DNA from: Phoronis australis | Lineage: Eukaryota > Animalia > Phoronida | Direction of reading: 5' to 3' | NCBI GenBank assembly: GCA_002633005.1 | Contig: NMRA01000340.1 | Coordinates: 357,435-421,434, forward strand | Length of the DNA: 64,000 nucleotides | Shown here: piece after piece, positions 1 to 12,200 of the stretch | Layout of the letters: every line of letters begins with the position of its first letter | Position numbering within the stretch: the stretch's first letter is position 1 | Notes under the pieces: generated by a model | Database searches by the model: none | What the model was told of the DNA's origin: nothing | Seen by the model: the letters and a program-made list of their open reading frames with translations, nothing else | Made by a program: the position numbers and the translations under genes

Positions 1-55
1 TTCATTTTTTTTTCATTTTGATGCAGATTTTTTTCTTAAAAAACATAAAGAAGTA

Positions 56-291
56 TTAAACAGGTTACTATCTAAAATGATTTATTCTTATTAAAATAAT
101 ATTGGCAAGAAATTGAATTTCAGGTCTCAAAGTGGGGCAGTCTATTTAATATAGGGTGCCTCGCTCATCGGCTGCGTTCCAGCGGAGCTCTCTATATTAA
201 TATAGGTGCTTCACTTTTGAGGCCCTAAATTCAATTTTTTCCCTAGGTCATTTTAACAAGAATAAGTCATTTTAGATAATAAGCTGTTAAT
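56..291. mobile_element. Palindromic (hairpin-type) MITE-like element
   Basis: Long imperfect inverted arms, e.g. tatctaaaatgatttattcttattaaaat vs attttaacaagaataagtcattttagata, around a short central loop. Confidence 0.6.
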
Positions 292-1394
292 TGTTGATGG
301 CCCCTCATGCAAAAGTGGAAAATTTTAAAAACAATTGCAAATGACTCTCTAGAAAACAGTGCATAAGGCGTGCTATCTGAAAGTTTCGTATGAATCCGAT
401 CAGCCATTTCTGACAGATGAGGTTCCAAAGTTGGTCAAATTTTGACATTTTTCGAGGGTCCTGTACATGAATTTAAATATCCGTAGGACATGTACGCTGC
501 ACACGGCCTCGGTAGTCTTATGGACATGTACAAGTCTGCTAGAAACAACTCCCTCTTCATCAACAATGGCTTTGCATTTAATGATTTTTAAAAAGGAATG
601 TTCTAAAACCCCCTCGAACCCCACACTCCACAACCCCCATGATCCACGACCCCCCTCGATCCACAACCCCCTCGACCCAGTCTACACACGCTCCACTCGA
701 TCTGTGCATAGAACAAGTGCTGACTAGCAGGACCAACGAGTCGTGCCGTGAGCTCGGCAGGCCCTTCCCTGTTTTTTGCAATCAAAAGGGTCGATTCGCA
801 AGTTTGAATGCCAAAAACAAATACAAAAACGCCACCAAATCAAAGCAAGCAACCGAATATACATATAAAACAGACACTAATAATGAAACTATGAAATTAT
901 GTTCATTCACGTTTAACGTACTCTTTCTCTAAGTTTAGTAGCACGGGAGCATTTGGTAGACGCTCGTGGAACTATTTCCGCTCACAATCCATTATTTCAG
1001 GTCATGTTGTTACGCCACTTTCTGTTTCAACCACCAGACCTGAGCCAGAGCAGATTCGTGTGTGGGTAGTCTGATGGGACAGTCATTCAGCGACGTAATA
1101 ATTATGATTATGAAATGATTAAAAATCGCAAATTTACATCTATTGCAAGCGCAAAGATACATCTAGTGCAACATGTCGTTGTTTGGGCATCATGTCTTGA
1201 TTGTTCACATAGACATGTTCTGTGTTGTTTCGATGAATTTGAAAATTGTCTACTTCACCTCGTGAATAGCTGACAGAGTTGCAAAGTGGCAGTTGTCCCA
1301 GGACACCCCTTCTAAGAGACGAATCTGTCTGGAAAGAGGCCCGTAATGGGAAAGAACATAACATAAGAACGTCACAGTTGGTGACCTTCCTTAA

Positions 1395-1612
1395 CATGTG
1401 CGCACCTAGGGAGGGGGGGGGGCTCGAAGTGGGCAAAAGGTCCGCTTGAGAAAAAAGTCCGAGAAAAAGTCCACTAAAATGGCGCCAACGCACACTTCAT
1501 AGCTCTGAACGTGGTACCCCGTTTTTTTAGTCCTCCATTCGTTTTTTATTGGCAAAAGGTCAACATTGTCAAAAATTCGAGCCCCCTATGTTTTAGACTA
1601 GGTGCGCGTATG
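1395..1612 (+). mobile_element. MITE family 1 (CATG..CATG termini), copy 1
   Basis: TIR catgtgcgcacctag / ctaggtgcgcgtatg; internal similarity to 16836 and 22505 (aaaaggtccgc, tcgagccccc); CTTAA on both flanks with one extra base on the right. Confidence 0.75.
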
Positions 1613-3789
1613 GCTTAACATAATAGAACGTACGATTTCACCTAAACAGGAAAAAGCTGCAGTTGAGGCCCCTTCCGTGAGCGGCCCTGCAGAAAAACGA
1701 ATGATACTAAAACAGAAAATGGATGGCTATGGATTCCACTGAGCTGCTGAATATGAAAAAAATATTTAATTCCAAACCAATTAATGATTAACGATTAGTG
1801 CTTTCATCAGGGCACCAGCGCTCCACCAGGTTTTCCCAATTTATATCAAGCAATTTCCAAAAATAACGAAAAAGAGAGCAACAGATGATTCTGTTGACCC
1901 TTTTTCGAGAGCTGACCTTGGAGAAATGGTGTCTTCTTGAATTTAAATGTGATGTTGAAAATCCTGTATAACATGTATATGTGTGATTAAGGGCACGTCT
2001 TTAAGTGCATTTATATGGTCTTTAGTGCAAACACTGTACCTTTCTCCTAACAAAACTGCCTTGAGCATTGTTTCAAAGGGTAACCTGCAATTGATACATT
2101 AAATGTTCTCTTAAAATTTCCCTTGGTTACATGTTTCGCTGTCGTTCTCACCTTACCCCCACTTTTACTGGTGACCACTGTTTCACCCTGTCGCTTGAAA
2201 ATTATTTGGGGACTTCTTGTCTCCTCCTCGCTTTTTACTGCACTTCCTTGAAGAGTTAATACATTCGTAAAACGCTTATTTCTCACTATGAGATGCGAGC
2301 TTGTATAAATGTCAGTAATACTTGAATCATCATTAAGCGTAAGTGTGATCACACTGGAAGAAACGTGAATTCGTGTTTTACTGATACTTTACCTGTACGC
2401 AGTAGAGAAGAATCAGAAAATTGTGTTTTAATTAGTCTGTATGTAGTAATAGTACAGTTTGTGAAGTGCTATTTTGTGAGTCCAGAAGCATAATAGTCTA
2501 ATTAAAAGGAAATAGCAAACTGTTGTAAGAAAATTATTGACGGACATTTCTTTTTAGTGCCTTAATTTGAGTACTAACTTCCTCTAATACTGAGCGACAG
2601 GGAATTCCAGTTAGCAGTACACGTAAGTGCGGAGGATTTTTAAGAACAACTACAGTAACGAGATGCGATATCGCAGTCCCTTTAGTGTGATAAAATTAAG
2701 ACTTAGACCTTGTTTTGGTTTATTTTTGTTTAGAAGTCAAAGGTGTTCTCGTCTGAGTATTGCTGACGTTATGGAGTTTTGAACATGTACATAATGTAAT
2801 GAAGTTGATGCCGATTAAAAACTGGCGTTTAGTTCAGAAAAAAATCAAAGCTTTATTTGAACGAGGGATCGCTCTTAATGTGAAAAATGTCACTTGATAT
2901 CGTAGGGGGTTGATCTGTAACAAGATTCTAATACCCACATAACAGCAGATGATATTTCCATAACCAAAGTGAAGGACAGCTACGGTTTTTGGACTAGGGC
3001 AGGAGTTGCTTAAACGGTAGAAAGTGAAGAATTGCTTCCCATAGAAAATTGATGTATATATGTAAAGTTGGCAGGATGTACCTGAGTCTTATTTGTAAAT
3101 TATTCTAAAAGCAAGGCATTTTTCTTATGAACAATTGCATGTAAGGGCAAGAGGCGTCAACTGTTTGATCTCTTAACTTGTCTATGAACTTTCACTAGTA
3201 TTTTGAGTTTTGGAATGATACTGTTTAATTGTTTGATTCTGTTATCGCTTTTTATTTTAAAAATCGAGTTGTCCACACAACGTCTGTTCTTTACGTGAAT
3301 CCACGTTTAATAGACATTTAGACTTTTTGTGCCCTTTACAAAGTCTACAAAGATTTGACTTCTCTTTTACTTTGAGAAGTGAAATATGGCTTGTTGTCCG
3401 TATTGCACCTCTTCATGTAAGAAGTAAATGTTATTTCTAAATAATGCACCAATAATTCATGTAGAGTTTGGAAGGAAGCACCAAGTCAACCTCGTCCTTA
3501 TCCATTATTTTCTTCCCGTCGCAGTTGGCGCTTCCCGATTTGTGTCAACTACATCCGCGTTACGTGGTCATATTCCCCATAGGTCATCAGAGCGTGGCGC
3601 TCATTCCTTTCAAGTGCAACTTGCATGCTATTTCCTTATCTCAGTGATTTCTTGGTCAAATTAGTTAGAAACACAACACATAGCTACAATGTGAATATGA
3701 AGAAGATTGAAAATTGACAAATGATTTTAATCCGTCGTATATCACTTAACAGTATTCATTAAGTATCGTGACGTGGTGTATCATGTGGG

Positions 3790-3960
3790 CTATGTGAGAC
3801 CCCAAGATACGTAATTAGTAGATAGGTCACCTATTTGCAGAATTTTTTGTTTTCACATTTAAAAATTGTCCATGCATGCAACTGCACTTTTTTAGCGGAG
3901 AAGATGTTCAAATGCATGTACCATTGTCGTTTAGTTCTTGCTATACTTTGTATGATACAC
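3790..3960 (+). repeat. Dispersed repeat fragment, second copy at about 35020-35180
   Basis: Shared gtcacctatttgcaga..ttttgttttca..ttgtc..atgca/atacaact..cgtttagttc in both locations. Confidence 0.6.
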
Positions 3961-3993
3961 AAGCACTTCCAAGTTTTGGCACCAATTTACAAT

Positions 3994-5417
3994 AGGAGAA
4001 CATGGCGAATTTGAAATACAATCCGATGCAGAGAGCCGCGCCGGCTGCTTTGATTTTGCTACATGTAACATCTCAACATTTGTGCCTCCGTTGCTTAAGT
4101 GGAGACAACATCTTGGTGAGCGTGGAACTCCTCTCTGGGTTTTGTTTCATGTTAATAACCAACCTTAACTTATTGCAGTGGAACAATATTTCCACATACA
4201 TGTATTTTCTGTTGGGCTGTAGAAAAAAAAATCTTATCTGTTTTTTGTTGTAGAAAAAATTTCCAATATGAAGTTACAACTTGTGCTAGCTTTAAATCTG
4301 AATTCGTCAACACATAAACGAGGCTGAAAACAAAGACGATTCCTGCCAGCGTTATTGGTTTGAATAGTCTGTTGATGCCTCGTGAAGTTCCAATATTTCA
4401 AATGAGTTTCTTTTTGGACATTATGCAAATTAAACAGTCTTTCAATTCCATGCACTTAATTACAACTTCATTTTGCTGAGTTCAAAGTTTTAAACTTTTC
4501 CGTAAAAGTGATAATCACGAAGGGTTTCAATAATCTATATTATGAAATCTCAGAGGCTCTCGTAAAGACCCTTAATATTATTTATTTCTTTTTACCGCGC
4601 CACAGCATCGAAAACAAGTTTCCTAAGTAATATTGTGCCCTTTCAGTGCAAACCAAAATGTTTCGCTCGAAATCTTGAAGCCTATATCAAACAAGTTGGC
4701 ATAGGTCCAGAGAAGTCCATGTCTGTTCAAAAATTGAGTAGTTTCAAATATTTAATGAACAATTACCACGATTAGTTCCTTGTTTTTAGCTGAAAGAAAG
4801 TGTCAAGGTGTAGACATTGCTCTTACAGGAATGAAACATTAAATACCAAGGTCATTAAAGTATAGCACGTATTGAAAGTAAAACGATTAGCGGATATTCG
4901 CGATAAATGCTAAATCTTGATCTGAAGCTCTTTTGGGAGTACATTTGTCCACAGTGCTCATTAGCTGAAATGTTGAAACATCATGGAAGCGTGCGTGAAA
5001 CACGAATCATCACCTGACTGCTTCCCCAAAGCCATATCAATAACGCTGGCGTCAAATTCTTATTTATTGTTTGCGAGAAATGCATTTCCCACAATCTGCT
5101 GGAGGAAACAGATTTCAAGCTAGCACGAGATTTAACACAATTATTTATGGGCCAATGTTGATGCTTCAAAGACTAATTCTGAATGTTTTTACAATAAAGG
5201 CAAGTACACTCAACTGAAACACGAAAATGGGCGGAAACAATATTTTAGTACCATCGAACATGGTTGGCTTGTAACATTAGCCAAGCAAACTGTGGGGGAG
5301 ACGCTAGACCTCTACTTTTATAAGTGAAAACTGGACTAGGTTGAGATACCAGATAAATGAAAGAAACCAACGCGGCTACGTGCACTTTGTTGGTTTTCAA
5401 ATTTGCCATATTCTCCT
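3994..5417. mobile_element. Non-autonomous TIR DNA transposon (1.4 kb, AAT flanks; possibly PIF/Harbinger-related)
   Basis: Left aggagaacatggcgaatttgaaa matches the reverse complement of right tttcaaatttgccatattctcct; AAT directly outside both ends. Confidence 0.65.
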
Positions 5418-5611
5418 AATGGACCGATGTGGTAGACACGCTCATACGCCAACTTGCGAGTCATTTGAGAAGTAGGAAAATGATTGACAGTTTCAATTCT
5501 CAGTGACGTTCACTATGCATGATTCTTAAACTGATGCCGACAAGAAATTCGATTTTGCTCACTTAAGGGACGCATCGCTTACAGAAGGCAAACCTTTAAT
5601 CGACAACAGAG

Positions 5612-5765
5612 ATGACGAGTCCATGTTTCGATTCATCCAACACATCTTGTGACGTCTCTGAGGCGGACAGCACACAGAAACCTGTGAGTGTTGTTTCAAA
5701 TATGACGTGGGATGACGCAACCTGGATACTGACCAGCTCTTTCATTATATTCACCATGCAGTCAG
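5612..5765 (+). CDS. amt: Amt-A coding exon 1 (MTSPCFDSSNTSC...MTWDDATWILTSSFIIFTMQS/G)
   Basis: ATG at 5612, TM1 motif, donor TCAG|gtatg in phase 1. Not in the supplied ORF track; translated by hand. N-glycosylation sequons NTS and NMT in the predicted extracellular N-terminus. Confidence 0.9.
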
Positions 5766-6175
5766 GTATGATCACATTTAGTAAATAGCTCCGGCTAGGC
5801 ATCAACATTGGGAATGGCACTGCTATAAAACCGCCCTTGTTATGGCCACGAAGGAGGGGGGGGGGGGGGTGCAAGGGGACCAACCGTTCATCGCGTTGAC
5901 CTCCGCTCTTGTTCTACAATATTGGCTGCGCCAGTGAGCATGGCTTAACGTGAAACTGTTTTCATGTATTGACAACTTATTATAGATAAAACATTGTACC
6001 ACAATCAAGTATACAATACAGAAATGAATAAAAACAATAAGAAGTAAATTGAGAAAGATGCATGCAGTGTGAAAAATGATTAATAAGATTTTCATTAGCA
6101 GAGCATAATCATGAATTAGGCTCTACTTCGAATTACACACGTGGAAGCACGAGCACACGTACGTGCTCACACACA

Positions 6176-6215
<40 letters not shown>

Positions 6216-9200
6216 CACACACACCTATTTATAGATACAAATCTATATTATTATAGGTATGTTGTTGACTTACCTAACTCAGTCACTCAGTGGCGCTAGT
6301 AATCAACACAACTTTACATGTCAAGGGTTTAAGGTAAATTATCAGGACTTCCTCTTCTAAAGCAACATTGAGCGCACACAAGTTGTATGGGAGTAGATAA
6401 AAAAGGTCATGACTACACGGTATGGTGCACCAAAAATGTAGAACGATGACCCGTATTATTGTGGTATAGAGGATGGATACTTTCGATATAACTCAATAAT
6501 ATCCATTTCTCAAAGTTATGTAGCTTCATGCGTTGAAATTTCCAGTTTTAAATTTTGTAACAATTTTGGTTCAATGATAGGAAGGATTCCAACGACTGAG
6601 TGCGAACCCCAAAAAAGTATCTTAATTGTGATTGTTCAATATTCCGTTGCTGGTCCTCTCCGAAAATGTAACAAATTGTTCTGTTTTTAAGAACGTTACT
6701 CTTAACGTCAAATTTGCAAGTGGACGTATCATCAGCCGAGGATGTCCCTTTACCTGGTGTTATTTGTCTGACGTCAGCAACCCGGACCAATAAAAGCAGG
6801 ATGAATATAAGCAACCGTCGTCGACGGGCCCATAAACTGATCTCGAAACTCGATTCGGAAAGTTGACCAATATTGCAAGAATCGAGAAAACAAAATTTGT
6901 TCTCGAATTGTACGATTTGTTAAGTACCTAAAAATGTTGAGCAAAGAACTCTATTGGAACCAAAGAAACCGCACCTTGAGTAGAACGTGTACAGCCGTTT
7001 CGTACACATCTCACGGACTTTACTCACCGAGAGATATAGACGAAACGGCGGTTCACTTTCTACTTAAGGTACGGTTTCTTTGGTTCCAATAGGAATCTTT
7101 GCTCAATGTTTTATCATTTGAAGGGAACCCAGTAATATACATAGTATTAAATACCTAGTTGCGCGTGATTTCAACAAGCATCATGTTCTAACATGTTCTA
7201 ACGAAACCTTCAATACCTACAGGGTAATAAGTCGGAACGATTGAATTTCAAGGTTGTCTGTTGGACTGTGCTAAGTGTGCTTGACAGGGAGTAATTAAGT
7301 TGGATAAACAATACGCTATACATGTACCTAACAACGCAAACGTAGAATCAGTAAAAAAAATGTACAATAAGGACCTAACGACAATTGGCGAAAACATTAA
7401 AAAAACATTTCGACGCGGACAGGGATAATTAAACCAAGACGGACATGTATCTTAAGCCTCAATCTGCGGCGAAGGTGAAGATGTGGGCGATGATCGACGG
7501 GTGTTTTAGCGGGTTAAAATCATCCTCTATTGCTGGTGGTAGACAAGCAAATTGTTGTCAAGTGACAGATAAAATCCTAAAATATACACGCTGTTGGAAC
7601 GTAAGTAGATTCCAATTTTCCGCCGGGTTATCTGGTAACTTTGCTGAAGGCTGATTTTCAACAATTACCGGGAGGGGAAGAGAGGGAGGAAGAGGGAGGG
7701 AAGGGAGGGAGGGAGNNNNNNNNNNNNNNNNNNNNNNNNNNNNNNNNNNNNNNNNNNNNNNNNNNNNNNNNNNNNNNNNNNNNNNNNNNNNNNNNNNNNN
7801 NNNNNNNNNNNNNNNNNNNNNNNNNNNNNNNNNNNNAAAAGTTCCCGCTATCAAGAAAGCACTTTTACATATATAAACAAATGAAAACAAGAAAAATCAA
7901 TAGTAATGATAAGTAAAACATACAAAAAAGAAAAAGAGAAAAAGATATACCTACGAAAACAAAGCGAAGTAGCGCTAACGAGCGACATAACAAGAACCAG
8001 TAAATGGACTGATACAGCTATGGGGACGGGTCTTGGGAAGATGAGTTTCTAAATAGTATTACATACGACGTAGTTGGAAATATGGCGAATTGGGTCGTAG
8101 TTGCTAATAATGTAATAAGTTAAAGACCTGGAGAATGCTTGCAGAGTGTGACTTTTTATTCTATTTACAGCAGGGATTTTAATTTCGATGCTGTTAATAA
8201 GAAGAGGAACTTCAAATCTGATACATGTTCTTGATGATTGGGATATTAAGATTTTGTGCTGTGTTGTTGGAATAGTTGCATGATATTGATTCAAGTACGT
8301 AGGATTTTGAATATGTCTGGTGAGTTTACATTAGCTCAGTCTTATGAATAAGGTGTTAGTGTAAAAATACTTAGGTACCTGATTCCTGAGCAATTTGTTG
8401 TAAATTATTGAAGTTGGGGTTTTAAAGATGTATTGAAGTAGAAGAGGATAAGGTTGCGTAAATATGGGTAGAGTGTGAACATGAAAAGGAAATAGACGCA
8501 GTTCGAAGATTTTTCTTTTGGGTTGTCTACAGTTTTTTGGTGTTGTCGAAACCCCAAAGTGTAATGCTATAGTTTGTTTTTGGGATGACAAGTGGTTTAT
8601 GTATTAGTTTGAGAGATGGGGGAGAGATAGGATTTTGATCTATATACAATGTATGTGATTCCACCGAGTTTGTTTGAAATAACGTTAATGTTGGTTAACC
8701 ATTAAAGGTTTTTATCAACGGTAATACCAAGGAAAAGGAAGTCGTTCACGTGACTGATTGTTTTGCTATTCACGATACATTTGTTAACTTTCCTTTGAAT
8801 GTAGTGTAAGATAGTAAATTTACTCTTTAACTGAAGGTTTTTTACGAAAAAACAGGCTGAAGTAGATTCACAGTTGCTATTGATGACAGGTGATATAAAG
8901 TGTGTTGGAAAGATTTGATGAGAGTGTAAGATGTGACAAGACACTTTGAGAAAAAGGCCTTTAAGTGTCGAGCCTAAGTCTGAATTGAGTCAACTGTAGA
9001 CTGGAGCCTGGCCATGGATGGGCATGAACTGCCTTACAACATCTCTTGTGGCGCTTTTTATTGCCCATCTTACCAGAGATTATCATTTTTATTGTACTTA
9101 TCTGTATTCACTATCTTTACTTGTAATTGTATCAGTAATAAGAAATGACCTTGCATCGCCTACCTCGGCTTCCTTTCATATCTAGTAACGAGCTTGCAAC

Positions 9201-12200
9201 GCTCGTTCATGTAATATTTATATATTATTTGGAACATATGTCGATCATAAAAGATTATTTTGAACAAAATCTGTTAATAGAGTACTATTCAGGGCACAAG
9301 AAACAGACTGCGCACGGGATGCAATTTCTCCTTGATTTCGCTATCAACTCTAAATATACAACTCGAAACAACGTGCATTTGCCATGGGCGTTCATTATCA
9401 CCTTAGACATTTAAGGTATGGGGCGTCTATCTTAAAAACATCACTACTGATGTCATTGCAAAAGTCTGAAGATATAGTTATTAGCACAACATAAGCATTT
9501 CAACATTTCCTCATCGCTTTCATTAAATTTTCCACAGACAAACCCTTACGGGAATAAACTTTGTTATGTTGATTTCAACCAATCCTTATTCTGTCATATG
9601 CTAATGCATCATTTGCATCCAACCTGTATGATAAAATCAGGGTGGAGCTAAAAACTCATACAGATTACGTATTCGGGTTGCTTGCTACTTTTTACCTACA
9701 AATGTCGTGTGAGTCACCTTAAGCATACTTCACGCTTCCATGTTTAGAACACTTTGGGACAAGTTTTCAAATTCAAATTTTGCTCCAAACTTCTGTGAGA
9801 TTTCGAGGGTTACCTTGTATTATTCTGTTTCACGGATAAGAACAGAAAAGTCGTTTTCAATATCTATTGATAGACTCAAACCAGATTTGGTATCCTTTTA
9901 AATTAGAACCGTTTGTAGATATTCGTCCGCTCGAAGAGTGGTTGCCGCGGTCTACCGACTTGAGCATTAAGAGATTCGTGGACTTGTATTGCATATTGGT
10001 GCATATGCACACGGGCTTGTATCACACGTGCAGTGAGCACGCGCTATCGGGATTTACCCGTGACTTCCTTGGCAGCCTAATTAGCGTGGCTAGTGAGCGA
10101 ACCTGAAGGGCTAATTTGACGCAGACGTAGAGATGGTGCGACTAAGAGAGATGGGCTTGTACCCGAGCAGGTGGCTATATACTTCGCTTATAACTGAGTA
10201 ACTTAAAAGCGAGGTCTTCTTAGTACCGGCGTGAGATTACGCACGAGCAGTATAATTATGCAAACGACGCAATATGGTGTTTGATTGACCACCACGATAC
10301 CTGACGGGTCTTTGAAATGTCTTCTGAGTTCTGGGCAGGTTCAAGTGCATAACATCATGGTTAGACGAAGATGAATTTCACTGTAAACGTTGAAAAATGA
10401 AGCGGGGTGACGTTAAATCTTGAAAGCTTTTAAAGAGTTCCCACCATGACTCTGTGTCTCAAAAAGAATTTTATTAATACATCTTAAGAGATTTAATAGC
10501 CTTTAGTATACCTGTTGCTAAGAAACAAACCAAAAGTTAAAAAATATGTTGTACGTAATGGGTGGAAGACCGTCTTCGTCGTTTTGATTTTCATCGGTGC
10601 GATACTGAGGAGTTGTGAGGAAAGTCCGCGGAGAGCTGCCTCTTACAGACATGAAAAGGTTCTTTTGTGGAGGCCGTGGTAACAGCAACTTGACTGAGAA
10701 CGTCTTTGTGTTCAATTTTCCTAAATATGTGAAGGTTGCACAGAAATGTATCGGTTTGTGCGCCACACGAGAGTGTAGAATGTCAATGTAGAACATGTGA
10801 TTCAGCTGGGACTCCTCACTTTGTTAGGCAAGGAATAGTGTTTCGACCAAACACAAAAACTTTGTAAGTGTATTTGCAAATTTTACAAATAACGAAGAAA
10901 TTGCTTCCATTCTAGTGCGAGTGATGCCAGGCCTATTTGGCATAAAAAGTGCTTATTTAGTTAGATTTTATGATATTCATATCATATCATATCATATTGG
11001 CTAACTAAAACCTCAAAAACTAAGAAAATGTATATTGGGAACTTTTTAAACTTTGATGCTGCTGGCATTACGTTCAATGAAAACTAAAAAGTAACGGCAT
11101 TAAACTTTAATGGTCGTGATGTCTAACCATGTTTGGTAATACCTTCATCGTGAACAAGTTACGTTCTCCCAAAAATTGTACAATTCTGTTACAGTACATG
11201 TAGTTATCCAGTCATACTGACAGTTCCACCTCAACGTGAAGCATGACAAAATTTAACGAGAAACTTTTACCAAATTTCCAGCGAAAGGGGTGGCAAAACC
11301 CATCGTTGAAAAACCACGTGGAATAGAAGAGTTTAGTCAACCAACTTCCTATAAATCATGTAGCGCGTTTATTTTGGAAAGACTGCTTCGAAGTTAGAAC
11401 TATGAAGGTAGACGATGTTTCCACTAACAAAAGTGGTGTCTTGGAGTCTTCAGGATTCATAAGTTGCCCGTTTCCTGAAAAGTGACTTATAATAAGGCCG
11501 TGTGACACACACAAATTGTCTGTGTTAAGACGGAAATTCGGGATAAGACCAACGTTGAAAATTTGGAAAAAAACGCTCCTTGAACGCATAGTCAGTCTTC
11601 TGTCAAGTCAGTTTTCACCGCACTACCATCACAAGCACGTCCAATATTTCACATAGTACTAATGGTGGTTATAGGGGTAGATTATTACATTTCGAGGACC
11701 TGAGGGTATAACTATCTATACGGCGTTTGTGGAATTTTTCGCATTTAAACATCTGCTGGATGTGGTTGCAAAACTTAGTATCTTTAACAAAATATAACCT
11801 CTTTTCATTGTCAATCCTTAGAGTCTGAAAGCCAAAACATTGACCTCGGAGAGAGTCGTTAATTTTCAATAAAACTTTTCACGAACTAAATATTTAACTT
11901 TAAACTGAATACATATGCATCGACTACCGTTCTGTAAGGATAAAACAAGTTTAAGTTACATAATATTTCCAAATTTTCTCCTCGATTTTTCTCAAGGGTT
12001 TCACTTATAGTAGTATACAATGAGCCTAATAACGTCTCAGCTTAAAATTTAGGCGCATGGGTCTAAACACGCGCATAAACAGCATTCCATCTGACATGAT
12101 GTGCTTGGTTGACAACTCTGCTCGTTTTTAGTAAGAACTAATCATTTTACACCTTTATGGCTTCATAAAAAATGACACAAAATTTCCTACTGTCATCGGA

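Noticed and set aside
400-932. Cluster of overlapping 60-97 aa ORFs
   Set aside because: Produced by a short C-rich degenerate repeat (acaacccc..gatccac, about 605-700); no domain or splice support.
2040-3700. Possible very old minus-strand LINE ORF1/endonuclease region
   Set aside because: Only vague motif resemblance across many stops; not supportable without a search.
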